Of a stretch of DNA of 64,000 nt, positions 9,092 through 19,873 are shown piece after piece. The stretch comes from a virus: positions 128,001-192,000 of IMG/VR virus record IMGVR_UViG_3300045988_155520, one strand, 5' to 3'. Within the stretch, counting starts at the first letter, position 1. Each line of letters begins with the position of its first letter. A program made the translations under genes and the position numbers. Under the pieces are notes generated by a model. It saw only the letters and a list, made by a program, of their open reading frames with translations, searched no databases and was not told the DNA's origin.

Positions 9092-10055
9092 AGCGTTAGG
9101 TAATTGGTTTAGGAATATTTTTTTCTCAATGAAAGCTGGTGAGAAAATGATGAATATAGAAAATACAAATGATAGTAGTATAAGTATCACTCAAACAATA
9201 TCTAAAAATAAGTTGGCTGATGATTTGTTAAAAGAGAAAATCACTCAAGAAGTTGAGAAATTAAGATATTCAATGTATAAAATTGATGAGAAATCAAATG
9301 ATTATAAAGTCAATTTGGATGGAACAGCGGTTAAGAAAAATAAACCCAAGGTAATTAATGGAAAATATAAATTTAATATATTAAACAAGAAGTTAACCGC
9401 AGGTATCGCAGATGAATTGAATAGATTGGATGAATATGATAACGAAAAATTCACCATGGAAATTCAAACAGAATATATTACTCGCTTTAAAATTGAAAAG
9501 TATATTTCATCTGTAGACGTTAATATTGACGATAGCAAGAATATCAAAAAGACTTCTTTACACTTTATTACTATACCAAATGTATATGATGGTAATTCAA
9601 TGCCGTTTATTAATGAATTAAAGAAACTTAAAGATTTACCATTAGACAACGAATATGCTGTATCAAGAAATGAAATTGCAAGTTCTATGATGACTCTTTC
9701 ATTTGTATGTCTTAAAGTTGATGAAGAGTATGATTTTACAAACTATAGTTTCTTAAATCCAAAATTAGTAGCCGTTAAAGAAGTTGATACAGAAATTATC
9801 TTAACGTTTGAATGGGAAGAATATATGCGTAAGGCACTTAATCTAAGTGAAAAGTATTATTCAGAAGAAAGAGAAAAGCAATATCAAAATAATGAGGCTA
9901 AAGAAGCATCTAAAAATCTTCGTGCAATTTTACGTGTTGTAAAGTGTTCTGTATGTGGTAAGGTTTGCCAAATGGATGGTAATGAAGCTAAAATATTTGA
10001 TAATGGACAAGTAATATGCAATGATTGTTTGAAAAAACAGGAAAATAATAATTGA
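9084..10055 (+). CDS. hypothetical protein with a C-terminal zinc ribbon
   Basis: Track ORF whose C-terminus has CSVCGKVC...CNDC. Confidence 0.55.
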   Translation: MFKALGNWFRNIFFSMKAGEKMMNIENTNDSSISITQTISKNKLADDLLKEKITQEVEKLRYSMYKIDEKSNDYKVNLDGTAVKKNKPKVINGKYKFNILNKKLTAGIADELNRLDEYDNEKFTMEIQTEYITRFKIEKYISSVDVNIDDSKNIKKTSLHFITIPNVYDGNSMPFINELKKLKDLPLDNEYAVSRNEIASSMMTLSFVCLKVDEEYDFTNYSFLNPKLVAVKEVDTEIILTFEWEEYMRKALNLSEKYYSEEREKQYQNNEAKEASKNLRAILRVVKCSVCGKVCQMDGNEAKIFDNGQVICNDCLKKQENNN

Positions 10056-10085
10056 TTTAAATAAAATAAATTCTATATTTTTAAT

Positions 10086-10694
10086 ATGAAAACTATAGCA
10101 ATAGAATTAAATCACGTAGTGAGAAATATTAACAAACAGTTGATAAAATATTATAAGCGTAACTTTGATAATTCGTTAGATGATGAAAACATTGATGAAG
10201 TTAAGGAAAACGTAATTGAAAAGTACATTCACTTTGATAGTAAACAAGAATTTCTACAATTCATTTATGAAGACTATCCTTATGAAATATTTGGCTGTGC
10301 AAACCCAATAGAAAGAAATTTGCCAACTAAAATAAATAACTGGATGTATAATCTTACTAATTTTGAAGATGAAGAAATTAATGTGATTTATTATAGTATG
10401 AATGAGGACGCTTTAACCATTCAATCAACTTATTTCTTCCTTAGTAAAATTGGCGCAAGAGTAAGAATGGTTATGTTCCCATCTGATATTAAAGAAGTTT
10501 ATAATATTGCAGATGTTATAGTTACTTCAAATAAAGAATATAGCACAAAATGTCCAAGTGATAAGAAATGTGTTTTAATCAAAAGTAATGGTCTAACCGA
10601 AAAAGATATTGATGAAAACAGTATTTCATATAATTCATTGGAAGAAATGTTCAATGATGAAAATTTCTTAAAAACAATTACATCAAAAGCATAA
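10086..10694 (+). CDS. hypothetical protein
   Basis: Track ORF. The N-terminus MKTIAIELNHVV is only reminiscent of HAD/NT5C-type DxD starts and the aspartates are absent, so no function is called. Confidence 0.5.
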   Translation: MKTIAIELNHVVRNINKQLIKYYKRNFDNSLDDENIDEVKENVIEKYIHFDSKQEFLQFIYEDYPYEIFGCANPIERNLPTKINNWMYNLTNFEDEEINVIYYSMNEDALTIQSTYFFLSKIGARVRMVMFPSDIKEVYNIADVIVTSNKEYSTKCPSDKKCVLIKSNGLTEKDIDENSISYNSLEEMFNDENFLKTITSKA

Positions 10695-10733
10695 TATCTA
10701 CATAAAATTAGTAGCATATATAAAATAAAAGTT

Positions 10734-11834
10734 ATGAACGAAAAACAGACAAAGGCAATTGAAAAAATTAATTCTGAAATTGAAAGAATTAATAAGAATG
10801 AGAATAAAATATTTTTATTTGTAATTGATACAAAGGGTAATCCAAGCGGAAGTTTATCTTATGTATATAACTTGGCTATGATTCTCCATAAAAATGGTTA
10901 TAACGTTTCTATGTTGCATCAAGAGGAAGAGTTTGTTGGTGTTGGAGAATGGATGCCAGTAGAGTATACAGAGTTACCTCATTACAATATCTCTAAAGAT
11001 GATATTGAAGTAGCACCAAGTGATATTCTTTTCATTCCAGAGATTTTTGCACAAGTTATGAATCAGACAAAGAAACTACCTTGTAAGCGTATCGCCATTC
11101 TACAGAATTATGATTATATGGTTGAACAAATGCCATTTGGAGGACAATGGGGTGACTTTGGTATTATGGAGTGTGTAGTAAACACAAATGAAAATGCTGG
11201 TTTGGTTAAAAGCGTATTCCCTTATGTAAAAACTACAACTATTAAACCATATATTGAAAATATATTTGGTGCTACGGATGAACCTAAGAAGATGATTGTT
11301 AATATCGTTTCACGTAATCAAGAAGATATTAATAAGATTGTAAAACCATTCTATTGGAAGTATCCTGCATTTAAATGGGTTTCATTTAGAGACCTAAGAG
11401 GATTTAGCCGTGAACGCTTCGCAGAATCGCTCAGAGAGGCAGCAATTACTATCTGGGTTGATGATTCTACCAGCTTTGGTTATTCAGCGATTGAGGCAAT
11501 GCAAAGCGGTGCTATCGTTATTGCAAAGATTCCAGATAATAAGTTGGAATGGATGACAGACGAAAATGGTGAGTTCAAGAACTGTTGCGTATGGTTTGAT
11601 GATTTTAACAATGTGCATAAGCAGATTGCAAGCGTAGTACGTTCATGGACTACTGATAAGGTACCAGAGGTAATTTACAAAGAAGCGTCTAAAGTTGGAG
11701 AAAATTACAAGTATGAAACAACTGAGAAAGAGTTTGTAGAATATACAAAGGGAGTTATCGAGAATAGAAAGAAAGAAATGGAAGAATTGTTAATTCAACT
11801 TAATAGTAAAGAAAATAAGGATAAGAATAAATAA
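10734..11834 (+). CDS. glycosyltransferase, group 1 (GT-B)
   Basis: SFGYSAIEAMQSGAIVIA matches the (E)xFG..xEAMaxGxPVI signature of GT1/GT4 enzymes. Confidence 0.65.
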   Translation: MNEKQTKAIEKINSEIERINKNENKIFLFVIDTKGNPSGSLSYVYNLAMILHKNGYNVSMLHQEEEFVGVGEWMPVEYTELPHYNISKDDIEVAPSDILFIPEIFAQVMNQTKKLPCKRIAILQNYDYMVEQMPFGGQWGDFGIMECVVNTNENAGLVKSVFPYVKTTTIKPYIENIFGATDEPKKMIVNIVSRNQEDINKIVKPFYWKYPAFKWVSFRDLRGFSRERFAESLREAAITIWVDDSTSFGYSAIEAMQSGAIVIAKIPDNKLEWMTDENGEFKNCCVWFDDFNNVHKQIASVVRSWTTDKVPEVIYKEASKVGENYKYETTEKEFVEYTKGVIENRKKEMEELLIQLNSKENKDKNK

Positions 11835-11838
11835 AAAT

Positions 11839-12633
11839 ATGGAGAATTTAGTTGTTGTAATCCCTGTACATGAGTTTAACGATGAAGTAGGTAAATTGCT
11901 TACTAATGCAATTAATTCAGTACAAGAGAATATTGAAGTACGTGTTTCATGTAAAAAAGGTCTTGAGAGTAAGATTAAGAAGTATTTAAAAGATTGGTCA
12001 GATATTAAGATTATTACGAATGAGAAAAGTGATTTTGCTTCACTTATAAACAATGGTATTAAAAATTCAAAATATTTTTCAATTCTTGAATATGATGACG
12101 AATATACTCCAATCTGGTTTAACAATGTAGAGAAGTATATTGAAACTATGCCAGATGTAAGCGTATTTATCCCATTAACTGATATTGTTGACTTTAATAC
12201 AAAGAAGTTTAGCGGTTGTGGTAATGAAGCACCTTGGGCATCAGCTTTCTCAAATAATATTGGTTTTATTGACAATGATTGTTTGCAGAATTTCTTTGAT
12301 TTCTACATGACTGGTTCAGTGTTTAATACTGACGATTGGAACGAGGTAGGTGGACTTAAGCCGTCAATCAAATTAACTTTCTGGTATGAGTATATGCTTC
12401 GTGCGACAAATAAAGACCAGAAGATTTTTGTTGTACCAAAGGTGGGTTACAATCATTATATGGGAAGAAAGGATAGTTTAACTGAGAACTATCGTGAAAA
12501 TATGTCTAAGGAAGAACAAGAGTTTTGGTTTAAGTTAGCTAAGAAAGAGTATTTCTTCAAAGAAGATAGAAATAAAACTTTTGATAACCAAACTGAAGCC
12601 GAAGATAATGTAGAAGAAGAAAACAAAGACTAA
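11839..12633 (+). CDS. glycosyltransferase, family 2-like (GT-A)
   Basis: VVVIPVHEFN at the N-terminus and ILEYDDEY as a DxD motif. Confidence 0.55.
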   Translation: MENLVVVIPVHEFNDEVGKLLTNAINSVQENIEVRVSCKKGLESKIKKYLKDWSDIKIITNEKSDFASLINNGIKNSKYFSILEYDDEYTPIWFNNVEKYIETMPDVSVFIPLTDIVDFNTKKFSGCGNEAPWASAFSNNIGFIDNDCLQNFFDFYMTGSVFNTDDWNEVGGLKPSIKLTFWYEYMLRATNKDQKIFVVPKVGYNHYMGRKDSLTENYRENMSKEEQEFWFKLAKKEYFFKEDRNKTFDNQTEAEDNVEEENKD

Positions 12634-12654
12634 TTTTCTATAATTTTTAAAAGT

Positions 12655-12686
12655 AAGTGGTGTTGTTTGTGGAAATGACACCACTT
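12655..12686 (+). terminator. hairpin downstream of the glycosyltransferase block
   Basis: aagtggtgt-N14-acaccactt forms a 9-bp stem. No clear T-run follows. Confidence 0.35.
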
Positions 12687-12798
12687 ATGTTTAAAGAGCG
12701 ACACGAAGATTTCATAAAGAAATGTGTTAGGAAGTGTGCATTACGTACAAAAAATATGCTCTCAAAAATATAATAAGACATTTCCTACAACTAATAAG

Positions 12799-13536
12799 AT
12801 GGCAAAAAGAGGAAGAAAACCATCCGCTAAGAGAAAAGGATATTTTTACGAAGAACAGGAAGAAGCGGTGGTTAATTATATTAACTCAAATAGTAACAAA
12901 GAAAAAAATCAAATCTTTAATACAATTCTTTTACCAGCATTTACCAAAATGATAGAATCTATTATTAGAAGATATAATTTATATCCTGCTGATGAAGAGT
13001 TTAGTGATACGTTTAATGATACTATATCTTTCTTGATGACAAAGATATATAACTTTAAACCTGAACAAAATAAAAAAGCTTATTCATATTGTGGAACAAT
13101 TTGTAAAAACTACTTAATGGGTAGAATTAATCAGGATATCAAGAATCAAAAAAGAGTTGACCACTACGATTATTTCAACGCTGACCTAACAGATAGTTTA
13201 AAGCATTCTTATCAAGATGGAAATTCAAAATTAACATATCTAAATGAATTAATGGGTGATACTGTACTCAAAATCGGAAGAATTATTGATGATAAAGAAA
13301 AGTTAAGATTGAATGAGAATGAAACTAAAGTAGGAAAAGCACTTATTAACCTAATGACTAATTGGGAAGATTTGTTTATCCAAATGGGTAGTGATAAGTT
13401 TAATAAGAGTTCTATACTTTTGTTTTTAAAGGAAACTACTAACCTTGGTACAAAAGAAATTAGAGATGGGATGAAACGTTATAAAGCAATATATTACGAT
13501 ACCAAGAAAAAGATGATTGATACTATTTATATGTAA
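12799..13536 (+). CDS. T4 gp55-like late-transcription sigma factor
   Basis: The start is taken at MAKRGRKPS. YNFKPEQNKKAYSYCGTICKNYLMGRI parallels the gp55 segment [27 protein letters not shown] (recalled from memory). The upstream part of the track ORF is probably non-coding. Confidence 0.5.
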   Translation: MAKRGRKPSAKRKGYFYEEQEEAVVNYINSNSNKEKNQIFNTILLPAFTKMIESIIRRYNLYPADEEFSDTFNDTISFLMTKIYNFKPEQNKKAYSYCGTICKNYLMGRINQDIKNQKRVDHYDYFNADLTDSLKHSYQDGNSKLTYLNELMGDTVLKIGRIIDDKEKLRLNENETKVGKALINLMTNWEDLFIQMGSDKFNKSSILLFLKETTNLGTKEIRDGMKRYKAIYYDTKKKMIDTIYM

Positions 13537-13546
13537 ACAATATTTT

Positions 13547-13945
13547 ATGGGAAAACTCAAGATTGAAATCAATAACGTACAGAATATTAAAGATTTATTA
13601 CAAGAAACATATCGTTTAGCCGATGAACAAATTACACAGGCACAAAACGAGATAAACAAACTCGCAAATGCAACACAACTTCAAAACGAGGTAATGGATG
13701 CTAAAGGTAAATATGCAAAGGCAATGAATGATTTTATGGGTATCAAAGATAAAGCAATCGCAAAAAAATTAGATATTGCAAAACTTCTTACTGATATATA
13801 TCAGCATAACGGTGACGTTAAGGGTGCACTTAGTGATGAAAACGCAAGTGTAATGGGTAGTTTCGATATAAAAGCAATCCGTAAAACAATAGACGAAGAA
13901 TATAGTAAAAAAGAGAAAACTAAAACTATTGAATTAAAAAAATAA
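13547..13945 (+). CDS. hypothetical coiled-coil protein
   Basis: Track ORF trimmed to the MGKLKIEINN start. It heads the + strand virion gene string. Confidence 0.5.
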   Translation: MGKLKIEINNVQNIKDLLQETYRLADEQITQAQNEINKLANATQLQNEVMDAKGKYAKAMNDFMGIKDKAIAKKLDIAKLLTDIYQHNGDVKGALSDENASVMGSFDIKAIRKTIDEEYSKKEKTKTIELKK

Positions 13946-13948
13946 TAT

Positions 13949-16714
13949 ATGGTAGAAGCACTTAATAATACCAATTTAAGTTATAAGAAAAAGAAATTAA
14001 GCGATAAGGTAAAGACATCTATTGCTACTGCTAAAGGAGTCGTTGGTACAATCAAAAAAACCACCGATAGCCTTGGTATTTCTATGAACGCTAATAGCTC
14101 AAATGGTAAAACTGAATTAAGTGTAAAAAATGATAATGCCATACAATTATTAATCGAATTGTTAACTTTAGTAGGTGTTTCAAAGGAAGACATGATTGAC
14201 TTCTTAACCAAATACCTTACCTACTTAATGCCTGCATTGGAAGTTGGTGTTAAAACATTATTACTAACTAACCTGAAAGGCATGATTTCCTGCTCGTATG
14301 ACCCTCGAATACCTGAGAACCTTAGAAAGTATAACCCACGAGGAGAAAACGCAACAGAAACGAATAGAAGAGGTATAGATATAGGTGTAGAGTCTATTGA
14401 CCTAATAGGTAAACTCTCTAAATCTCCATTCGGTGATGGTAAAAATCTATATTTTGGTATCAACCCAGAAGCAACTACTAATGCTTATCAATTAGCAAGA
14501 GCTAATGACTTTGATGCCTTTCTATGGTTTGTAATACATAAGGCTAAATTTCCAAGTCCTTCAATTGTTAACGATGAAAAACTTGATACTTGGATTAAAA
14601 GTAGATATAAAGAAAATCTTAGATTAAATAATACTGTAGACCCTATTAAAATAGGTTATAGAGATACTAAGAATAATATTAACAGTGGTGTTACATCTTT
14701 ATTCCAAGACATTGTTATAGATTACCCAGAGCCTTTATCGGTTACTGGGCAAACTACATGTATTATGCCTGGCAATACTTTCGTTCAAAAGAAAGATGGG
14801 AAATATGGAAGTGTCATAAGTTTATGTGTTACCGCAGAAGAATCTGTAAAGTATACATCCGATGTTAACAATATCACAAGTACAAATCCAGAAGAAAGTC
14901 AGAAAATAGCAACTAAATATATTTCAAGAAGTGAAATAGTTCCAGTATCAGATGATTGGACAAGTGCTAATTGGTATGTTAATCCAAAGAGATATTTTTA
15001 TCAGAATTTAGGAATAGATGCTTTCTCAGGAAAGAAAAAATTGACTGACAGTAGAAACTACGCACAGGAAAAACCAATATGTAATTTACAGTTCTTTAAC
15101 CAATCTTCAAGTGTTGGACAAATCAATGGTATTGTAGATAATCAAATACGATTAACAATACTTCCACGTCCTCTTTTACATGTTCCTGAAAAAGGAGAAC
15201 CTATTTGGAGATTCCAACGTATTTTATTTAACGAAAAAGGAGAACCAGATAAAGATGGTAAATACTCTATCCACCCTGGAAAATTTGAAAAAATCAGAAA
15301 AGAAGTTACAGAAACAACAAAGATAAAAACAGCTGAAAAATATGAAAAAATAACTAACGGTTTAAGAACAAGTAGTCCAGTAGTTGCTTATAATTGGATA
15401 GAAGTTACCAATGGTAATCCATATCCAACTACTGTAGAAATATTTTCAGTGGAAAATAATAAAGATGAAACACTTGTAAAAAAAGTCAATATTAAAGCGT
15501 TTCATAACAAATATTACAAATTAGATAAAGATAATAAATATAATATTTATTTCGTCATAAGTCCGTCACCTGTAAACGGAGATAAGAAAAATACTGTACC
15601 GCCTAATCTTTCAGACGGTAAACTTTTCATTAAAACTATTAAGAGTGATTCTGTCAAAAAGAATAGTACAGTAGAATATTGTTTAGATAGAAATCCTCAA
15701 AAGATAGGTATAAGTATCAATAAGTCCACAGGTGCATATGAAGTTATAAATACTAAAAATCCTACCCAAGATATTCTTCCTTACTTACAGGAAGTTTATA
15801 AAGGTTTAACAATCTATGAGTTTAACTACGATTGGGTTATGGGTATGAAACTTTTCGATGCAAAAAATATAATAACAAATCTTTTAGAAAGTACGTTAGG
15901 TGCTAAATTTGGTGGGTCTGTTAAATTATCTTTTGAGAAAAAAATAGAACTTGAAAAAATTACTCAGGTAGTTAAAGAAATAATAGAATCTGACGATACA
16001 GAGTTAAAGGATTGTTATTTCTCTTTTTCTAATGACACATACGATGCTATGTTACGACGTTCAGAAGAAGCGTATCACAATCATGCATCATTTAGAGATA
16101 ATCAAATAAAGTATGGTGACTTTACTGAAGTAAAAGAACTTATTGATAAGTTCGATAATAATGCAACACTTCACGAACAAAGAGAATTACTTAAACGTAT
16201 TATAACTAAAGCATCAGTAACTATATCAGAGCCAGCAAAACCTGTAAATAGACCAAAACTTGAATTTAATTTCGTTAACAATTTAATTGAAAACTTAATA
16301 ACAAGTCTTGTAAATGCACTCTTAACACCAAAGGTATTAATGGTAATCATGGTGAATAAGAAGATAATGGGAAGTGATATAGGATTAATATCTTTCCAAG
16401 ATATAATCAAATCAATGCGCTCGTTAATAGTTGCTATTGTCAAGGAAGTAAAAGACGCTATATTACAAGAATTATTGAGATTACTATTAGATAAACTATC
16501 TCCTATCGTTAAATTAATGGGGGATATGTTATTGCAAGAAACTCTTGGTTATTATAGAGATTTAATGCTGCAAATAATGAAAGAATGTAGTTTCAGTCTA
16601 AATCTACCTTGGTTTAAAAACCATTTTGAAAATACTTCTACTGGAAACGTCGATTACGCAGATATTGATAAGAGTGAAACTATAAATGACCAACCCACAA
16701 CTAACAATTGTTAA
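13949..16714 (+). CDS. large virion (tail/baseplate?) protein, function unknown
   Basis: 921-aa ORF lying directly upstream of a spike-like gene. No motif recognised. Confidence 0.6.
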   Translation: MVEALNNTNLSYKKKKLSDKVKTSIATAKGVVGTIKKTTDSLGISMNANSSNGKTELSVKNDNAIQLLIELLTLVGVSKEDMIDFLTKYLTYLMPALEVGVKTLLLTNLKGMISCSYDPRIPENLRKYNPRGENATETNRRGIDIGVESIDLIGKLSKSPFGDGKNLYFGINPEATTNAYQLARANDFDAFLWFVIHKAKFPSPSIVNDEKLDTWIKSRYKENLRLNNTVDPIKIGYRDTKNNINSGVTSLFQDIVIDYPEPLSVTGQTTCIMPGNTFVQKKDGKYGSVISLCVTAEESVKYTSDVNNITSTNPEESQKIATKYISRSEIVPVSDDWTSANWYVNPKRYFYQNLGIDAFSGKKKLTDSRNYAQEKPICNLQFFNQSSSVGQINGIVDNQIRLTILPRPLLHVPEKGEPIWRFQRILFNEKGEPDKDGKYSIHPGKFEKIRKEVTETTKIKTAEKYEKITNGLRTSSPVVAYNWIEVTNGNPYPTTVEIFSVENNKDETLVKKVNIKAFHNKYYKLDKDNKYNIYFVISPSPVNGDKKNTVPPNLSDGKLFIKTIKSDSVKKNSTVEYCLDRNPQKIGISINKSTGAYEVINTKNPTQDILPYLQEVYKGLTIYEFNYDWVMGMKLFDAKNIITNLLESTLGAKFGGSVKLSFEKKIELEKITQVVKEIIESDDTELKDCYFSFSNDTYDAMLRRSEEAYHNHASFRDNQIKYGDFTEVKELIDKFDNNATLHEQRELLKRIITKASVTISEPAKPVNRPKLEFNFVNNLIENLITSLVNALLTPKVLMVIMVNKKIMGSDIGLISFQDIIKSMRSLIVAIVKEVKDAILQELLRLLLDKLSPIVKLMGDMLLQETLGYYRDLMLQIMKECSFSLNLPWFKNHFENTSTGNVDYADIDKSETINDQPTTNNC

Positions 16715-16724
16715 ATAAAGAAAT

Positions 16725-17117
16725 ATGGGAATCGAACAAATATGTAATACTATAAAAGGTTTCTTTGAAAGAATTAGAAAACCTGCACCTGAAATATCAA
16801 ATATTCTAATAGTATGTGCTATCGCAAAAAGAAAAGGACTATCTGTAATAAACTCAACAGCAAATGTTGTCGAAGACTTAAATAAAATGGGTATACCAAT
16901 TGGTGATATGCCAGACGGTAGCCCAAATTTAACTATAGGCGTTGAATATGCACGATGGAAAGAAATAGTTAGAACTTTCCATGAAGATGCAAAAATACAA
17001 ACATCAAGTATACCAGGTGGAGTTAGCTTCACAGGTACTGGTGCTAATGCTGGTGGTCCTGTAGTAGTAGAAGGAGTAAATACCAATGCAAGCCCTGGGT
17101 ATGGATTAATATCTTAA
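16725..17117 (+). CDS. hypothetical virion-module protein
   Basis: Track ORF in the same operon. Confidence 0.5.
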   Translation: MGIEQICNTIKGFFERIRKPAPEISNILIVCAIAKRKGLSVINSTANVVEDLNKMGIPIGDMPDGSPNLTIGVEYARWKEIVRTFHEDAKIQTSSIPGGVSFTGTGANAGGPVVVEGVNTNASPGYGLIS

Positions 17118-17130
17118 AAACTGAATGTTT

Positions 17131-17301
17131 ATGAAATTATCTAACGAAGAAATAAAATTGAAAATTAAATCACTTGAAAACGAATATGAAATTAAAAAAG
17201 CAAAAGTGATAAAATTAATAAATGAATTGTCTGAACTGGATGAAGAATATATTAAATTGACTGAAGAATTAAATAAAGGACGCAAAGAATTTATAGAATG
17301 A
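17131..17301 (+). CDS. small coiled-coil protein (56 aa, below track cutoff)
   Basis: Hand translation gives MKLSNEEIKLKIKSLENEYEIKKAKVIKLINELSELDEEYIKLTEELNKGRKEFIE*. Its stop overlaps the next start (ATGA). Confidence 0.4.
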   Translation: MKLSNEEIKLKIKSLENEYEIKKAKVIKLINELSELDEEYIKLTEELNKGRKEFIE

Positions 17302-18227
17302 ATACAACAATGTTTCTTTTAGGTAAAGTTGAGGAAGTTGAAGATAGGACCACTCCTAATGGTGCTGATGGACTACGTGTAAAAGCACGTACCACTTCTG
17401 ATAATACGCTTGGTATCGTTCCATGGGCATTTCCTTTACTTCCAAAAGTTTTTCAGTCAGTTCCAAAAGTAGGGGAATATGTATTAATTTTTCTTACTGA
17501 AATAGGTAATACGGGTAGTCAGAGATATTATATTGGTCCAATTATCTCTCAACCACAGGATTTTGAATTAAGCAATACTAAAGCTAAAGCGTTAAGTTTA
17601 ACTCAAGAGAACATAAGTAAGCCTTTAAAGAAAATAACTAATGATAATTACACTAAAGGTTCTTTCCCTGAACCTAATGATGTTGCCGTAGTAGGACGTG
17701 GACAAGAAGATATAGTATTAAAATTTGATAAAGATACAGAAACAAGTGAAGTTGATTTACGTGCTGGTATAAGACAAAAACCAGTTAATGATGATGACCC
17801 TTCTAAGTTTGGCAATATTATATTTAACTCAGTTGACCCAACGTATATACAATTAAAATATAAAAAGAACCTTGTTAGTGGATATGATACAAAAACAGGT
17901 ATACCTCAACATGCTAATAGTATCGTCAATGTAGTTGCTGATAAAATTAATTTGGTAAGTAACAAAGATAATGATGCAAGCATATATATCCATGATAATG
18001 AGAAATTAATAGAAGATAAGAATCTTTCAAATCTTATGTCTTCATTACACCCAGCTGTGAAAGGTGATAAACTAATGGAGTTATTAGAAATTATGCGTGA
18101 ATCTATTTTACGTCATGTTCATCCTTGGGCTGGTATGGAACAGTGTGGTGACTGGGCTGGTGCAATAAATAAGTTGAAAGATTATTCTATCAATGAAATC
18201 ATTTCTCAAGATATTCGTATTTCATAA
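17298..18227 (+). CDS. baseplate hub/spike protein (gpV / gp5-type OB fold)
   Basis: GKVEEVEDRTTPNGADGLRVKARTT...VPWAFPLL...PKVGEYVLIFL...RYYIGPI fits the N-terminal OB-fold pattern of spike proteins. Confidence 0.55.
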   Translation: MNTTMFLLGKVEEVEDRTTPNGADGLRVKARTTSDNTLGIVPWAFPLLPKVFQSVPKVGEYVLIFLTEIGNTGSQRYYIGPIISQPQDFELSNTKAKALSLTQENISKPLKKITNDNYTKGSFPEPNDVAVVGRGQEDIVLKFDKDTETSEVDLRAGIRQKPVNDDDPSKFGNIIFNSVDPTYIQLKYKKNLVSGYDTKTGIPQHANSIVNVVADKINLVSNKDNDASIYIHDNEKLIEDKNLSNLMSSLHPAVKGDKLMELLEIMRESILRHVHPWAGMEQCGDWAGAINKLKDYSINEIISQDIRIS

Positions 18228-18256
18228 ACTATTTATATATTAAACCCTTAAAAACA

Positions 18257-19765
18257 ATGTTAGAACGTACATATTTATCAAAATTCAATACCATAATTAA
18301 AGGTAAAAAATTCAACACTGGTCTTAATCCTATTGCAGAATTATGCTACGGATTAAGTACAACACGTATTTTATGTTACTTCGACATTGATAAAATTTCT
18401 CATCTTATTAAAGATGGAATTATGCCAGATAGAAGTAAAATGAAACATACCTTGCGTATTACTAATGCAGGGTCTATTGATTTTACACAACTTCATAACA
18501 AAGAAACAAGTACTATTCACGACTGTAATAGACATCGTGCAACGTCTTTTGATGTTATATTTTTCTTAATTCCAAAAAGATGGGATAGAGGTAAAGGATT
18601 TGATTATTCAACAAGTTCATTTAATATTGATTTCTATAGCGGAAAACAAACTGACCCTGATAGATTAATATCAACAGATGGTTGTAATTGGTATCAAGCG
18701 AGAAATGGTGTTAAATGGGATGAAGAGGGTGTATATAGTAACGAAACACTTTCAAAAGAATATGATAAATATGGAACAATTGCTGGTAGTAGTATCATAA
18801 TCGGAAGACAACACTTTGATATTGGAAATGAGAATATTTCACTCGATGTGACAAATATAATAAATCAAATGATAGACGGTGAAATAGATAATAACGGTAT
18901 CGGTATAGCATTTTCACCACAACTTGAAAGAACAGGAGAAAATACTGGTTTTGCTAAATCTACTACTGAAGAATATGTAGGATTTTTAACTGACAAAACT
19001 AATACGTTCTTCGAGCCATTTATAGAAACAGTATACAATGACTATATTTCTGATGATAGGTCTAATTTTGTTTTAAATAAAGATAATAAATTATATCTTT
19101 ATTGTTCTATGGGTGGTACATTAACTAACTTGGATAAAAAACCAACCGTAACAATAAAAGACGGAAATGAGGAAGTTATAACAGATAAGTCTGGTAAACT
19201 ATGTGAGAATATAGAAAGTAAACAATATAGTAATGGAGTTTATTATATTGAACTTAATTTACCAAAAGCAAAATACGAAGCAGATACCATGTTTTATGAT
19301 ACATGGAATAATATCGTATATAAAGGAACTGAGTTTGATGCGGTTGAACTTGATTTTACTACAAAAAATCCACGTTCATTCTTTAATATTGGTTCCAGTA
19401 TAACAGAATCACAAAATTTTACACCTTCTCTTAGCGGTATAAAAGCTAATGAAAAAATTAAAAGAGGCGATGTAAGAAAATTAGTAATCGTAGCTAAAGT
19501 TGATTATAAGAAAGCTGACACAGCATTAATTGATGGAATGCAATGGCGCTTATATACTAAAGACGGTGAAAGAGAGCTTGATATAATACCATTTGAAAAT
19601 GTCAATAAAACAAATACCGAAAATTATGTATTAGTAAATACTAATATGTTGATTCCTCAAAATTATTATGTAGACATCAAAGTTAATTACGGTATGCAAA
19701 CAATTATTCATCACGATTCATTACATTTCAAAATTGTTGATGATTTAAATAACAAGTATATATAA
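18257..19765 (+). CDS. hypothetical tail/baseplate protein
   Basis: 502-aa ORF that follows the spike gene. No motif recognised. Confidence 0.5.
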   Translation: MLERTYLSKFNTIIKGKKFNTGLNPIAELCYGLSTTRILCYFDIDKISHLIKDGIMPDRSKMKHTLRITNAGSIDFTQLHNKETSTIHDCNRHRATSFDVIFFLIPKRWDRGKGFDYSTSSFNIDFYSGKQTDPDRLISTDGCNWYQARNGVKWDEEGVYSNETLSKEYDKYGTIAGSSIIIGRQHFDIGNENISLDVTNIINQMIDGEIDNNGIGIAFSPQLERTGENTGFAKSTTEEYVGFLTDKTNTFFEPFIETVYNDYISDDRSNFVLNKDNKLYLYCSMGGTLTNLDKKPTVTIKDGNEEVITDKSGKLCENIESKQYSNGVYYIELNLPKAKYEADTMFYDTWNNIVYKGTEFDAVELDFTTKNPRSFFNIGSSITESQNFTPSLSGIKANEKIKRGDVRKLVIVAKVDYKKADTALIDGMQWRLYTKDGERELDIIPFENVNKTNTENYVLVNTNMLIPQNYYVDIKVNYGMQTIIHHDSLHFKIVDDLNNKYI

Positions 19766-19833
19766 TGTTATCATATCAATTGTTGAAAGATAAAAAGCGA
19801 ATTAAAAATTATTTAATATCAGGGTCATAAAAA

Positions 19834-19870
19834 ATAACAGCATATATTTTTAATATGCTGTTATTTTTTT
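19834..19870. terminator. bidirectional rho-independent terminator
   Basis: ataacagcatat-N7-atatgctgttat forms a 12-bp perfect stem flanked by A-run and T-run. It lies between convergent genes. Confidence 0.8.
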
Positions 19871-19873
19871 TAT

